Shown piece by piece: positions 39,834 to 53,102 of a DNA stretch of 64,000 nt. The position numbers were made by a program, and so were the translations under genes. Positions within the stretch are counted from its first letter, which is position 1; every line of letters starts with the position of its first letter. The stretch comes from Octopus sinensis (taxonomy: Eukaryota). The notes beneath the pieces are model-generated. The model did not search any database and was not told the origin of the DNA. It saw only the letters and a list, made by a program, of their open reading frames with translations. Location of the stretch: contig NC_043014.1 in the NCBI RefSeq assembly GCF_006345805.1, forward strand, positions 13,454,001 to 13,518,000. Reading direction: 5' to 3'.

Positions 39834-40377
39834 GTGAGTAATTTTTTTGTTTTGTAAGGACCCTCCATTTTTTTTGAGGACATACTGGTTCCACAATTAA
39901 GGGTCACATTACATTCTCTATAGTGGTTAGTGTTAGGAAAAGCATCCATCCGTAAATAGCAAGCCAAGGAAGAAACACAAATGAAACATGGTCCTCTGGT
40001 TCATTTAAACTGGCTATATTGGCCCAAATACATTACTTGTTTTATGTTCTAACCAGTCAGATCCAGCCTATCACACCTACCCTTCAATGCCATTCTAAAA
40101 ATATACTTATCACATCATCAAGATTTCAAAGCTATGAGATAATGCATGATTAGTTAAAAACAATGTGAATGAAAAAGCGTTACATTTGACAGTAATTTAC
40201 TGAATGCTAAAGGGTTAGCAAGCATCAGTACTTCATTATGTGACCATGGCAGCTTGTCCAACCCAAACCGGCAGGAAAAACATTGGGCATAAAATAATGA
40301 TGAAGGGGATGGGAATGGCAGCAGTGATGGTAGTCTTCAACATAATTTCATTATTATTATTATTATTTATTATTATT

Positions 40378-40630
40378 ACTGTGCCGGTGGCACGTAAAAA
40401 GCACCATCCGATCGTGGCCGTTTGCCAGCCTCGTCTGGCACCTGTGCCGGTGGCACGTAAAAAGCACCCACTACACTCATGGAGTGGTTGGCGTTAGGAA
40501 GGGCATCCAGTCGTAGAAACATTGCCAGATCAGACTGGGCCTGGTGCAGCCTTCTGGCTTCCCAGACCCCAGTTGAACCGTCCAACCCATGCCAGCATGG
40601 AATGCAGATGCTAAACGATGATGATGATGA
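40378..40630 (+). mobile_element. RTE 3'-UTR fragment
   Basis: Same UTR units and tail. Confidence 0.78.
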
Positions 40631-40915
40631 CTGTGGATACCAACCACTGTACTTTCCAGTCAGGTTACATACATCACCTAACCACATTTAAATGTCCACT
40701 TAACAACCAACCCCATTCACAACATATCTCCTGCGTGGAGGCCTCTGGCATTCTTGATACCGGGACCATATCCCTGCTCACCACTACCAGGGTGGAGATG
40801 GCTGTCCGCAAGTGTGAGACCTGTGAGTTAGGGGGGGGGGTCTGTTCCCACTAACTCACAGGTCTCACACATGATTAAATAAATTAAATAACTTAATTCA
40901 TTTAATCATGTAAAC

Positions 40916-41421
40916 CAGTGGTTCTCAACAGGGGTGGGTCCATATGGCACTTTAGATTTTGTTGTCAAAATTTATATGGAATAAATCTGTCATACTTCCA
41001 CATTACTCTACATTACACAAAATATTTTTTTATACAGTTTCTAATAATATCTAATTATAAAAATCATCATCATTTAATGTCCGTTGTCCATGCTGGCATT
41101 GGTTGGACAGTTTGACCAGAGCTGGCAAGCTGGGCAGCTGCACCAGACTCCAGTCTGATTTGGTATGGTTTCTATGGCTTGATGACCTTGCTAATGCCAA
41201 CCACTTTACAGAGGGTGCTGGGTGCTTTATGGTACTGTCACAAGTGCTTTACACCACCAACAGTATCAGTCTTAACACTTCTGTTGCAGGGTATGGGTCT
41301 TCTTGAGTATGGCAAAGCACCAGGTCATAAGTTATTTTAAACCTCGAATGGCTATGAGAGACCATCCAAGTAAAATAGGAATCACCAGGGTCTATGGGTA
41401 AGAAACGGCTGAGAACCACTG
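40916..41421. mobile_element. hAT MITE with RTE-UTR insert
   Basis: CAGTGGTTCTCA...TGAGAACCACTG; TSD atgtaaac/atgtacat. Confidence 0.75.
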
Positions 41422-42254
41422 ATGTACATCATTCCATCATCATCAACAACATCATTTAATATCCACTTTTCCATGCTTACTCAAGTTGGCTGAAATTTGT
41501 TGAGGCAAATTTTCTATGGTCAGATGCCCTTCCTGTTGCTAACCCTGACCTTTTTCAAAGTAAAGTAATATTTCTCCATAGCCAGACAGGATTTTCACAG
41601 AAGATTGGAAACAAACAACATTGCTTGTATGATGATGATGATGATACTTGTTTACAACCCTCACATGATAAAAAAATAAAATCATTATCTGTAAATCTGT
41701 AGTCTGAAAATAACACTATGTAACAAAATTTTAATTTTTTTTTTTGTTTTGTCTTTGGTCAGTAAGTGTTATTTCCTATTTGTTTCCATCTAGAAATCAA
41801 AGGAAATGACTGCTATTCCCTTCAAACTTTGCTTTTGTGACCTGGACATCAATGTGTTGAAGCTGATCTATTTTCCATTACATTTCAGACTGATTCAGTG
41901 CTGGGTTGCTGAAGCAGAAATATCGTTATAACAAATATTCTGCTCAATACTGATCTGATTTCAGTTGTTTGACCGTAACCATTTGAACATGTTCCTTAGT
42001 GGCTGATAATATGTGCATCTCTGACTATGAGCAGGAGCAGTGGGGGGAGCATCATAGCCATGTGTTGATAGGAATTCTTTGAGATTTGAATAAATATCGT
42101 AACAAAAGTAAAGCTTGAAAGAAATATTAGCCATTTTTTGATACTTTCTAGGAGTAAGCAAATACGAAATAACAGCTGCTGCCCAAGGACAAAAATCATG
42201 TCACACAGTGTAATTTTTGCATGCAGCAAGTGAAATACCGAAACTCAGGTTAAT

Positions 42255-42925
42255 GATCATCGTTTAACGTCTGCTTTCCATGCTAGCATGAGTTGGATAA
42301 TTTGACTGAGGACTGGCGAACCAGATGGCTGCACCAGACTCCAATCTGATCTGGCAGAGTTTCTACAGCTGGATGCCCTTCCTAACACCAACGACTCCGA
42401 GTGTGTAGTGGGTGCTTTTACGTGCCACCGACACGTGGGCCAGTCAGTTGGTACTTGCAACAGCCACGCTCAAATGGTGATTTTTACGTGCCACCTGCCC
42501 AGGAGCCAGTCTAGTGGCACTGGCAACGACCTTGCTTGAATATTTTTTCATGTACCACTGGCACAAGTGTCAGTAAGGCGACGCTGGTAACAATCACACT
42601 TGAATAGTGCTTTTTATGTGCCACCGGCACGGAAGCCAGTTGGCTACTCTGGCAACGATCACACTCGGATTTTACTCTTAGCGCTCCACTAGCATGGATG
42701 GCAGTCATCGAATTTGATTTTGATTTCACTTGCCTCAACAGGTCTTCGCAAGCAGAGTTTAGTGTCCAATGAAGGAAAGGTATGCATAAGTGGGCTGGTT
42801 ACACCCCTGGCATAGGCCACGAGGTTATGGTTTCACTTGGCTTGCTGGGTCTTCTCCAGCACAACATATTTCCAAAGGTCTCGGTCACTAGCCATTGTCT
42901 CAATGAGGCCTAATGTTCGAAGGTC
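42255..42925 (-). mobile_element. 3' end of the same RTE LINE (ORF tail, UTR with hairpin array)
   Basis: Collinear with 59275-59950; several gtgccggtggcacgtaaaaagcacc-type units. Confidence 0.85.
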
Positions 42926-42995
42926 AATCTTATTAAAAATTCATTTCAGATCTTTCAGACATTTTGGCATGTAATTGCTTTCTGTTATTTTCTAG

Positions 42996-43117
42996 ATGGA
43001 GAACATATTGAAGAATGGGGCAAATTCCTTCACACCAAAAACAAAATCTACGGCGATTTTGAAGAAATTCGACAGGAAATTCGAGCTGAGACAGAACGGA
43101 TGACAGGGACAAATAAG
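42996..43117 (+). CDS. DNM1L: Drp1 coding exon (GTPase domain)
   Basis: tctag acceptor; (D)[40 protein letters not shown]; donor AAG|gtgagt; 122 nt, phase 1 to 0. Absent from the ORF track. [12 protein letters not shown] is typical of Drp1. Confidence 0.96.
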
Positions 43118-43613
43118 GTGAGTAGAATTATGATTTTCAGTTAGAAGAGTGAACCAGAAAGTAATGCAATGTTTATTTGCATTACTTTTTTTACTCACCA
43201 TTGTATATACAAAGTGTGAGTCAAAACTTAATATAAATAAAAATTGCATTTATTTCTGACCCTTCTCATATTCACTTGCTTTTCTTTGCTCTCCTAGTTT
43301 TTTTCTCCCTGCTTTACAAACTATGTATAGGTGCAGGCAAGGGTGTGTGGTTCAGAATTTTGCTTCCCAGTCAGGTTATTTCAGGTTCAGTCCTACTGTG
43401 TGACACTTTGGACAAGTGTCTTCTACTATAGCACCAGGTCACCCAAATCTTGGAGTGGATTTGGTAGATCAAAACTGAAATCACAGGTTTTCTCAAGCAC
43501 TGCATACAATATATATATAGATATAATAATATACACCACACACAACACACACACACCACACACACACACACAATACATACACACAACATTACAATACAAT
43601 ACATTTACAACTA

Positions 43614-44085
43614 ATACACACATGCATACATGGGTACAGGATGTCACCAGCGGTGCAAATAACATGAAATACGTAAACAAATGAATGAAATATGTGAATG
43701 TGAAAAAATGGAAAACAGGACAAGTAAACAGAGAGAAGACCCTTCATCAGTTGTCGGCTGTCTATCTACTAATTTTGAGCATTCAGTGACACTATGAGTC
43801 TTCAAAGACAGTTGCTCCCATTCTAAAATAAAATTTAGGATTTATGGAGGGTCAAAGTTGGGAACAAAAAAAATGACAATGGAGACATACAAGGAACCAA
43901 ACGGAAACCAACATGGTGGGTTCGTTAGACCAGAACAAGAGGAGAATAGTGAATACTGGGAGAAACATGTCCTGTTTTCCATTTTTTCTCGTTTACATAT
44001 TTCACTCGTTTTTCCCTTGTTTGTTTACATATTTCATATTAATTGCACTACTGGTGACGTCCGGTACCCATATGTGCATGTGTAT
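43614..44085. repeat. Element with about 110 bp inverted arms
   Basis: atgggtacaggatgtcaccagc / ctggtgacgtccggtacccat; aaaaaatggaaaacaggaca / tgtcctgttttccatttttt. Confidence 0.85.
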
Positions 44086-45304
44086 ACATATATGTATATT
44101 CTTATTTAATGCAACTGACACTATCCGTTTTTCAAAGTTCTCCTCATTAATGTTCCGTTTTTCCATGCTATCAGGGTTGACGATTTGACTGAGGACTGGC
44201 AAAAAGTTTTCCATGCTATCATGGGTTGGACGATTTGACTGAGGACTGGCAAACCAGATGGCTGCACCAGGCTCCAATCAGATCTGGCATCTTGGGCAAG
44301 TGTCTTCTACAATAGCCTTGGGCCGACCAAAGCCTTGTGAGTGGATTTGGTAGACGGAAACTGAAAGAAGCCTGTCGTACATATGTATATCTATATGCGT
44401 ATGTATGTTTGTGTTTCTGTGTTTTCCCCCCCAGATCTGGCAGAGTTTCTACAGCTGGATGTCCTTCCTAACGCCAACCACTCCGAGAGTGTAGTGGGTG
44501 CTTTTACATGTCACTGGCACGAGGGCCAGTCAGGCGGTACTGGCAATGGCCATGCTTAAATGGTGTTTTTTACGTGCCACCTGTACAGGAGCCAGTCCAG
44601 TGGCACTGGCAATGATCTCACTCGAATGTTTTTTTAACGTGCCACCAGCACAAGTGTCAGTAAGGTGACACTGGTAACAATCATGCTTGGATGATGTTCT
44701 TAGTGCTCCACTAGCATGGATGCCAGTCATCGAATTTGATTTTCCAAGTGTGTGTGTGTATATATATATGACTCAACCAGCAGAAAGTCTTCAATACCAC
44801 TCTCTTTCTCAGCTGAGGGATCATTTTCTTACGAGTTACTTGGCAATCTTGCTGGTGTTGGTTTCACATAAAAAGCACCAGTGTTGGTGCCGCATAAAAT
44901 GCATCCAGTGCACTCTGTAAAGTGGTTAGTGTTAGGAAGAGCATCCAGGTGTATAAACCATTCCAAAACAGATAGTGGAGCCTGGTGCAGTTCTCCCGCT
45001 TTTTGGCTCCAGCCACACTGTTCAACCCATGCCAGCATGGAAGGCAAATGAAGGTTCTGCAATTTCTTGCTGAGCAACCTGCATAAACGGTTTGTTTATA
45101 ATGATCAAACGTTTGTGTTCCCCATAAGCTCTTGCCCTCTATCAAATCACCATTACCTGTACAGGTGCACAAGTGTGCCATGCAACAGTTGCTAAAATGA
45201 TTGTGGAACATGGTGCACCACCCAGGCTGGGAATCGAAACCACAATCTCATGATCATTAGGCCATGTAGACACACACACACATGCACACATTATTTACAG
45301 ACAT

Positions 45305-45700
45305 AGGCGCAGGAGTGGCTGTGTGGTAAGTAGCTTGCTTACCAACCACATAGTCCCGGGTTCAGTCCCACTGTGTGGCAACTTGAGCAAGTGTCTTCTA
45401 CTATAGCTTCGGGCCGACCAAAGCCTTGTTAGTGGATTTGGTAGACGGAAACTGAAAAAAGCCTGTTGTATGTATGTGTGTGTATGTGTGTGTTTGGTGT
45501 CTGTGTTTGTCCCCCCAACATCGCTTGACAACCGATGCTGGTGTGTTTACATCCCTGTAACTTAGCAGTTCAGCAAAGGAGACCGATAGAATAAGTACTA
45601 GGCTTACAAAGAATAAGTCCTGGGGTCAATTTGCTCGACTAAAGGTTGTGCCCCAGCATGGCTGCAGTTAAATGACTGAAACAAGTAAAAGAGTAAAAGA
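45305..45700 (+). mobile_element. tRNA-derived SINE family A, full length with internal (TG)n
   Basis: Head ggcgcaggagtggctgtgtggtaag (A box)...gggttcagtccc (B box); tail aaaagagt repeats. Other + copies near 175-842, 24404-24757, 27443-27710, 28010-28405, 30590-31005. Confidence 0.85.
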
Positions 45701-48429
45701 GACATCTTGCTAAATTCCATCAGAATTTGTTTATTTTGAAACATAATGCTGTCTATTATTGGTAAAAAAGAAAAAAAACTATGCGATGTGAAAGTTTAAA
45801 ATGTTGTAACAAATTGGAAAATGAATATAATACATGCCTCAATGGATTATCAAATTAGAGTCAGCTGATATTCCCAGATCCTATTAGAATCGTATCTATT
45901 ATTTTCTTTTCTACTCTCTATGTGTACATTCATCTTAGATTTGAAAGAGCTTTGTTTATGGATGTTTATGACTTCTTTCTTTTGTTCATTATTTAAACTA
46001 GATTTAAATGTATTTTATTTGTAAACTCATTTCTCAGTTTTGGGTGTCGATTAAAAGTGAAAAAGTTTTCCAAACCATTCCAGTATATTATTTAGCAATA
46101 CTAATTGTTTCTCTGTGTGTGTGTGTAAGTAACAGAGAGATATACAGTACATGTATCCTCATTTATCACTGGTGTTTAACTCCACAAAACAATGGTAAAT
46201 GAATCAGCTCCCTGCACTTTGTCAAAGAAATGAATGGTAGATTCATTGACACCAAACAGCAAAGGCCAATAGCTACAAACCTTCCACTGTCATCTTTTGT
46301 TGATCATCTCTAACTTTCCCAATAGAGAATACTCATCTATATCATTTTAAGAATGCACATCCTTGCAGTATGTTAATGAAAACAAAAGCAATTGGCAATG
46401 CATTCTGGATAGCTGAGCAATGTTGATGGGCTACCTTTTTGCAGTACAAACAGAATCTTCTAATCGTCGACTCATGTTACCACAGATCAATCTTTGATAA
46501 GTGTAACATGAGGCAGGATTTCTACAACTGAATGCCCTTCCTCTCACTAACCCTCTCCTGTTTCTGAGCAAGGTGGTATTTTCCCTTAGCTAGATATGTT
46601 TTTTTTTATGGAAGACTAGAAACAAACAACCTCACTTATATAACAGTGATGCTCATTTACAATCATCATGTGATGTCTGGCTGAGAGTAGACACAAACGT
46701 GCGTGCGCATGCATGCACACATACACACAAATGGACTTTTTAAAATTTCTGTCTACCAGATCCATTCACAAGCTTTTGGGTGATAGTAGAAGACACTTAC
46801 CCAGAGTGTCATACAGTGGGACTGAACCCCAAGACAACATAGCTGGAAAGCAAATTTCTTAACCACACAGCCATGTCTGCACTTCTGTTGTAGTTGATAA
46901 TTTCTCATCTGGGTTTCATACTTACATCATGTAAGAGTGTAGTTGGAAGAACTTTCAGTAAATTTTGATATAAACACCCGCATGATTTTTACTAAGAAAA
47001 GAAAATTACAGAAGACTACCAAGAGTCACGTGGAGATGAAATGGTTGTACTTCGACTGGGATAATATTGCACTTTTCCTTTAAGATAAGATGATTACATA
47101 TATCTATATACTTATTTATATTTATTTATTTATATTAAGGGCATTACTATACATAAATGCCTCACACCAGGAGGGCCTCTTAAAATCAAAATTTTAAGAA
47201 TCTCTCCTAGCATGAGGCATTTATATTTAGTAATGCCCTTAATATAAATAAATATATTTAAAGGGAATAATTAATAAATTTTTCCCTTATGAGGTTTTTC
47301 ACGCTAACTATTTGATAATTTCTTATAAAGATTTTACCCTATTTTTAAATTGTGTATATATATATATAATATATATACAACATTCTTGGTAGTCTTCCAT
47401 AATTTTTTTTTCTTAGTGAACTTTACCGAACTTTCAAATATTTCAAGTCTTAGTTTTAGTTCTTCCTGTTTCTGATGGAACATTGGGTCACCAGTTGCAT
47501 CCACTGAGTGTGATCTGCTGCACCCATTTTTGCATCGGTCCAAGTCAGTTGCAGTTCCCATATGTCCCCATGGAGAGTACTGCACCAGTTTTTGGGCAGT
47601 CTTCCTCTTCCACATTTGCTCCCAGCCAGAATCTGTGTCAGTGCAGTGTGTGGCAGCCTGTGTTCTGGTAACCATATTATATCATCATCATCATCATTTA
47701 ACATCTGCTTTCCATGCTGGCATGATGGGTTGGATGGTTTAGCATAGAGCTGGCTAGCAGGAAGCTGTCCAGAATCCAATTGTCTGTTGTTGCATGGTTT
47801 CTATGGCTGGATGCCCTTCCTAGTGCCAACCACTTAGTAGTGTACTGGGTGCTTTTTCCATGCCACTGGCAATTGTAGTCTATGCTTTTTGACGATGTCT
47901 GATTTCAAATTTCACCTGGAACCAACATATGATATAGTAGAAGTAAGTCAAGGAAGGTCTAGTAAGACACAATTAGAGAAGATTGAAGAAATAATTTGGG
48001 AATAAATGGAAGATATGCAAAGTGTGATATATATAAGAACTTTTGTATTGCAAACCATCATAAATCTGTTGCAGTATTGTAAAACAGACATAGAATAGCA
48101 TATATAAGGCTGAAATGGAGGAGAATAGATTATAAGGACAAATATTCTTCGTTGTTGTTGTAGGATCAGGCTTATTTAGTTTCATATCACCTTGATCATC
48201 TCTGCTCATCTCTATCTTTGATAGCATGTGACTAACAGTTCCTGTCCATGACATCCAGCTTCGTATGTCGACTGAGTGGCATATATCTTTGCTGGACAAC
48301 CAGTGTGATTTCGACTGAGTTGGGGTGTTCAAAGTGTCACTAACCAACTCCTCTATGCATTTCCAGCTACGTCTGTCAAAGCAAATTCTCCTTTCTCCAA
48401 AACATCATCAAGCCTTAGAGATTATTCTT

Positions 48430-48722
48430 TCAAGTCCTAGGACTGGTTACCCTGTTCGCTAAAATGAAAAAGGTGTTGCCCCAAAGGACAGCAAGGGAGA
48501 TGTGCTGGAACAGCCCCACCCCCACTAACTCACAGGGTTCACACTTGCGGACAGCCATCTCCACCCCGGTAGTGATGAGCAGGGATATGGTCCAGGTACC
48601 AAGAATACCAGAGGCTTCCACACAGGAGATATGTTGTGAATGGGGATGGTTTTTTACGTGGACATTTAAATGAGGTTAGGTGATGTATGTAACCTGACTG
48701 GAAAGTACAGTAGTTAGTTAGT
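48430..48722 (+). mobile_element. 3' end of an unclassified retroelement with a (TTAG)n-like tail; inverted copy at 40645-40850
   Basis: About 200 bp closely match the reverse complement of 40645-40850; ends gtacagtagttagttagt. Confidence 0.6.
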
Positions 48723-49132
48723 GGAAGGTACCAACAGTAGGGGAAGGATCACGGAATTGTTAGAAGAGAAGAGTTAGATGGTATCTGAAAATGTTGGGCT
48801 TAAATAGATGAGATGCTACAGAACTGAAACGTACTGAAAAATTCTTTACTGAGGACCTGATTAAATCATATCTGCATGGAGGAACAAATATTGAATAAGT
48901 TGATTGGTTTTAATAACGAGCAGTTTATACATATAAATCATAGTTTAGTCAATTAGAAATATATGCCAGACAAGATGTGAGTGACAGATGTTAATTCTGC
49001 TTATATCATACAGAATGGTGACATCTGTGTGTCTAATAGAATTGACCAGAAGAACACGGTCATATGTCTAATTAAAAGAATTATTGATGTTTACTCAGAT
49101 TTAATTTGACATGAACTAGTTCATTCCAATGC

Positions 49133-49470
49133 ATCATCATCGTTTAATGTCTGCTTTCCATGCTAGCATGGGTTGGACAATTTGGCTGAGGTCTGGCAAA
49201 CCAGATGGCTGCACCAGACTCCAGTCTGATCTGGCAGAGTTTCTACAGCTGGATGCCCTTCTTAACACCAACCATTCTGAGAGTGTAGTGGGTGTTTTTA
49301 TGTGCCACCGGCATGAGGGCTAGTCAGTCGGTACTGGCAACGGCCATGCTCAAATGGTGCTTTTTATGTGCCACCTGCACAGGAGCCAGTCCAGCGGCAC
49401 TGGCGACGACCTCGCTCAAATGTTTTTTCACGTGCCACCAACACAAGTGCCAGTAAGGCAATGCAGGTAA
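49133..49470 (-). mobile_element. RTE 3'-UTR fragment
   Basis: catcatcatcgtttaatgtctgctttccatgctagc start, followed by array units. Confidence 0.78.
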
Positions 49471-52425
49471 CGTCTGCCGTTACGTTCTGAGTTCAAATTC
49501 CACTGAGGTCGACTTTGTCTTTCATCCTTTCGGGGTCAATTAAATAAGTACCAGTTATGCACTGGGGTTGATATAATCGACTTAATCCGTTTGTCTGTCT
49601 TTGTTTGTTCTCTGTGTTTATCCCCTTGTGGGTAGTAAAGAAATAGGTATTTCGTCTGCCGTTACGTTCTGAGTTCAAATTCCACCGAGGTCGACTTTGC
49701 CCTTCATCCTTTCGGGGTCGATAGATTAAGTACCAGTTACACACTGGGGTCAATATAATCAACTTAATCCGTTTGTCTGTCCTTGTTTGTCTCCTCTGTG
49801 TGTAGCCCCTTGTGGGCAGTAAAGAAATAAGATGAGGCACCTTCATATTTCTTATTTGCTGGTCCTATGTTGGTAGGTGCTTGTGTGTAAGTTTTGCAGC
49901 ACAGTCATGTAAATATGAGTCATAGCCAGTACATTCTGGGTAGCTGAATAATGTGGGTGGTGATCACTGGGGCGTGAATTTGTGGTACAAGCAGTCTTCA
50001 CCTGATTGCTAAACTGTGTTATCACAGAGGAATCTGTGCTAAGCGTAATCTGTGTCATCCCGGATCAGTGATAAATGAGGCTGCATGTACTGTACAGGAA
50101 TTCCCTAATAGTGTTTACAGATCCCTAATATTACTGTTTCTGGAAAGCGCCATCCTTATAGGATAATCTACCAACATCTTTACAAAAGTGGTTATCATTT
50201 CTATTTTACTAATTACAAATGGAATAATAGCATTCCTTAACTACCATAATGCTTTTAATTCAATGGCTAAGCTGATGTTAATTCAAGCTTGTTCTGCACA
50301 ACATTATATATAAATGTGTGTGTATATGTATGTATGTATATAGATGTGTGTGTATGTATGTGTATGTATGTGTATGTGAGTATGTATATATGTATGTGTG
50401 TGTGAGTATGTGTTTGTGTATGTACTTGTGTGGTATGTATATACATGTATGTGAGTGTATGTATATATATATATATATATGCATATATATATATATATAT
50501 GCGTGTGTGTGTGTGTCTATACATATATAGTCATTATGTTGATAATTAGTTCATTTGTATCTTTGTTGTGGAAAACAATACGTAGCATATGTACTCTTTG
50601 ATGGTCTGTCTAGGTGTGAGAGTTTCTGCGGTATTTTCCCCATTGTCATTTTCTAAACCTGGTGGAGATTAATTCGAGTATCATAAAGCTTTCTCTTGAA
50701 GAAGATGAAATTGAGTACTAAGGTGTCCCCAGATCAGCTTTACTACATAATTGTATCTCGATGTTTCATCAGACCCCATGTAAGGACATTCTGATGCAAT
50801 TTGTTCTAGTGTTTCAGAAAGACAAAAAAATAAAAAATAAATAGAGGTCACACAAGTCACGTTTGTCTGTTTTCTTTTATTCTTTTTCTTGTTTCAGTCC
50901 TTTGGCTGTGGCCACACTGGAGCACTGCCTTGAAGGGTTGAATTCAAACAAATCAACCCCAGGACATTCTTTTTTAAAGCTTAGTACTTATTCTATCAGT
51001 CTCTTTTGCTGAACTGCTAAGTTATGGGAATGTAAACGCATCAACACCAGTTGTCAAGCGGTGATGGAGGGACGGACACACACACAGATTTATACATATA
51101 TACGGCAGGCTTGTTTCAGTTTCCGTCTACCAAATCCACTCACAAGGCTTTGGTCAGCTTGAGACTATAGTAGAAGATACTTGCGCAAGGTGCCACGCAG
51201 TGATACTGAACTGGGAACCATGTGGTTGGTAAGCAAGCTATTTACCACACAGCTATACCTGCACCTATTTTGTAGGAATTTTAAAATCTTTTTTTGTTTC
51301 AGTTATTGAACTGTTCTTTGAAGGGTTTAGTTGAATATATCAACCCCAATACTTTATTTTTGAGTCTGATGCTTTTTCTATCAACCACTTTTGTTTAACT
51401 GCTAAGTTACAGGAATGTTAACAAATCACATATATATTCTTTTACTTGTGTTAGTCATTTGACTGCGGCCATGCTGGAGCACTGCCTTTAGTAGAAGAAA
51501 TCGACCCCAGGACTTATTTTCTGTAAGCCTAGTACTTATTCTATTGGTCTCTTTGACCAAACTCATAAGTTACGGGAGCATAAACACACCAACATTGGTT
51601 GTCAAGTGATGGTGGGGGGGGGGGGACAACACAGACACACACAAATATATATATATATATATGCACTGCCAGATCAGACTGGAGGCTGGTGCAGCTTCCT
51701 GGCTCCCCAGACCCCGGTCGAACCGTCCAACCCATGCTAGCATGGAAAACAGACATTCAACGATGATGATGATGATATATATATATATGTGACAGGCTTC
51801 TTTCAGTTTCCATCTATCAAATCCACTCATAAGGCTTTAGTTGGCTTGAGGCTATAGTAGAAGATACTTGCCCAATGTGTTACACAGTGGAACTGAACCC
51901 AGAACCATGTGGTTGGGAAGTAAGCTTCTTACCAGACAGCCAATATTTTATCTTTTACTTGTGTCCATCATTAGACTGACCATGCTGGGGCACTGCTTTG
52001 AAGAATTTTAGTCAAATAAATTGATCCCAGTACTTATCTTGTTTTAAGCTTGGTACTTATTGTATCAGTCTCCTTTGTTGAACTGCTAAGTTGCAGGAAT
52101 GTACAAAAACCAACACCAGTTGTCAAGCACCGGTAATATTGTATATAATTGCAAAATCCTAATTATAGAATTAAGAAATTCTTAATGTTCTTGCTGTTGT
52201 TGTTGTAGTTTTAATTATTTATGAAGTAGCGAGCTGGCTGAATCATTAGTGTGCCGGACAAAATGCTTAGAAGCATTTTTTATGACTTTACATTCTGAGT
52301 CAACTTTTCATTCCATCCTTTTGTGGTCAATAAAATAAGTATCAGTTGAGTCCTAGAGTTGATGTAATCAATTAGCCCCCCCCCATTTCAGCTCTTGTGC
52401 CTATAGTAGAAAGGTTTATTTATTA

Positions 52426-52815
52426 CTAGCAGTATCACCCGGCGTTGCTCGGGTTTGTAAGGGAAATAACTATATAAGCATTTTTAGAGAGTTATAGCCA
52501 AAAGATAGCAAAAAAATGCATTAAAAATGGAAAAAAAATGATGGTAATTTTTTTTTTAAATCGTTGACTCATCGTAGACATTTTTAGAGAGTTACTTCCC
52601 TTAGTGAAAAAATGCATTAAAATGGAAAAAATGATGGTAAATTATTTTTAAAATCATAGAATCATCGTAGACGCGCGCTAATACCCAGAAGGGCTTGATA
52701 TGAATCACGACTATAAGATACCCGCTTTTGGTTACACTGCACTGCAAAATGTAGGAGTAGCTAGGAATCTAAATCGTTGGAGACAGACACACAACTTCTC
52801 TTTTATATATAAAGA
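52426..52815 (-). mobile_element. Non-autonomous Helitron, same 3' end as 11459-11842
   Basis: A|TC...cccgagcaacgccgggtgatactgCTAG|T on the minus strand. Confidence 0.8.
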
Positions 52816-53102
52816 TTATTAGAGTTGTTCTCCTGTCGTGAACCAGAATGGTAATTTGCATATTCACATTCAAACATGACATTGTATTAATTATATATAA
52901 TATGTTATGTAAATAGGTGCCAGTGTGACATTGTTGTCAGAAGCTTGCTTCCGAACCACATGGTTCTGGGTTCAATCACACTACTTGGTAACTTAGGCAA
53001 GTGTCTTCTACTAGAGCCTCAGGCTGACCAAAGCTTTGAGAGTGGATTTGGTAAACAGAAACTGAAAGAAACTGTTTCATATATACACATAATATACACA
53101 TA

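Noticed and set aside
42950-42995. Upstream alternative acceptors (tttcag at 42949 and 42958)
   Set aside because: They add 46 or 37 nt and break the Drp1 frame.
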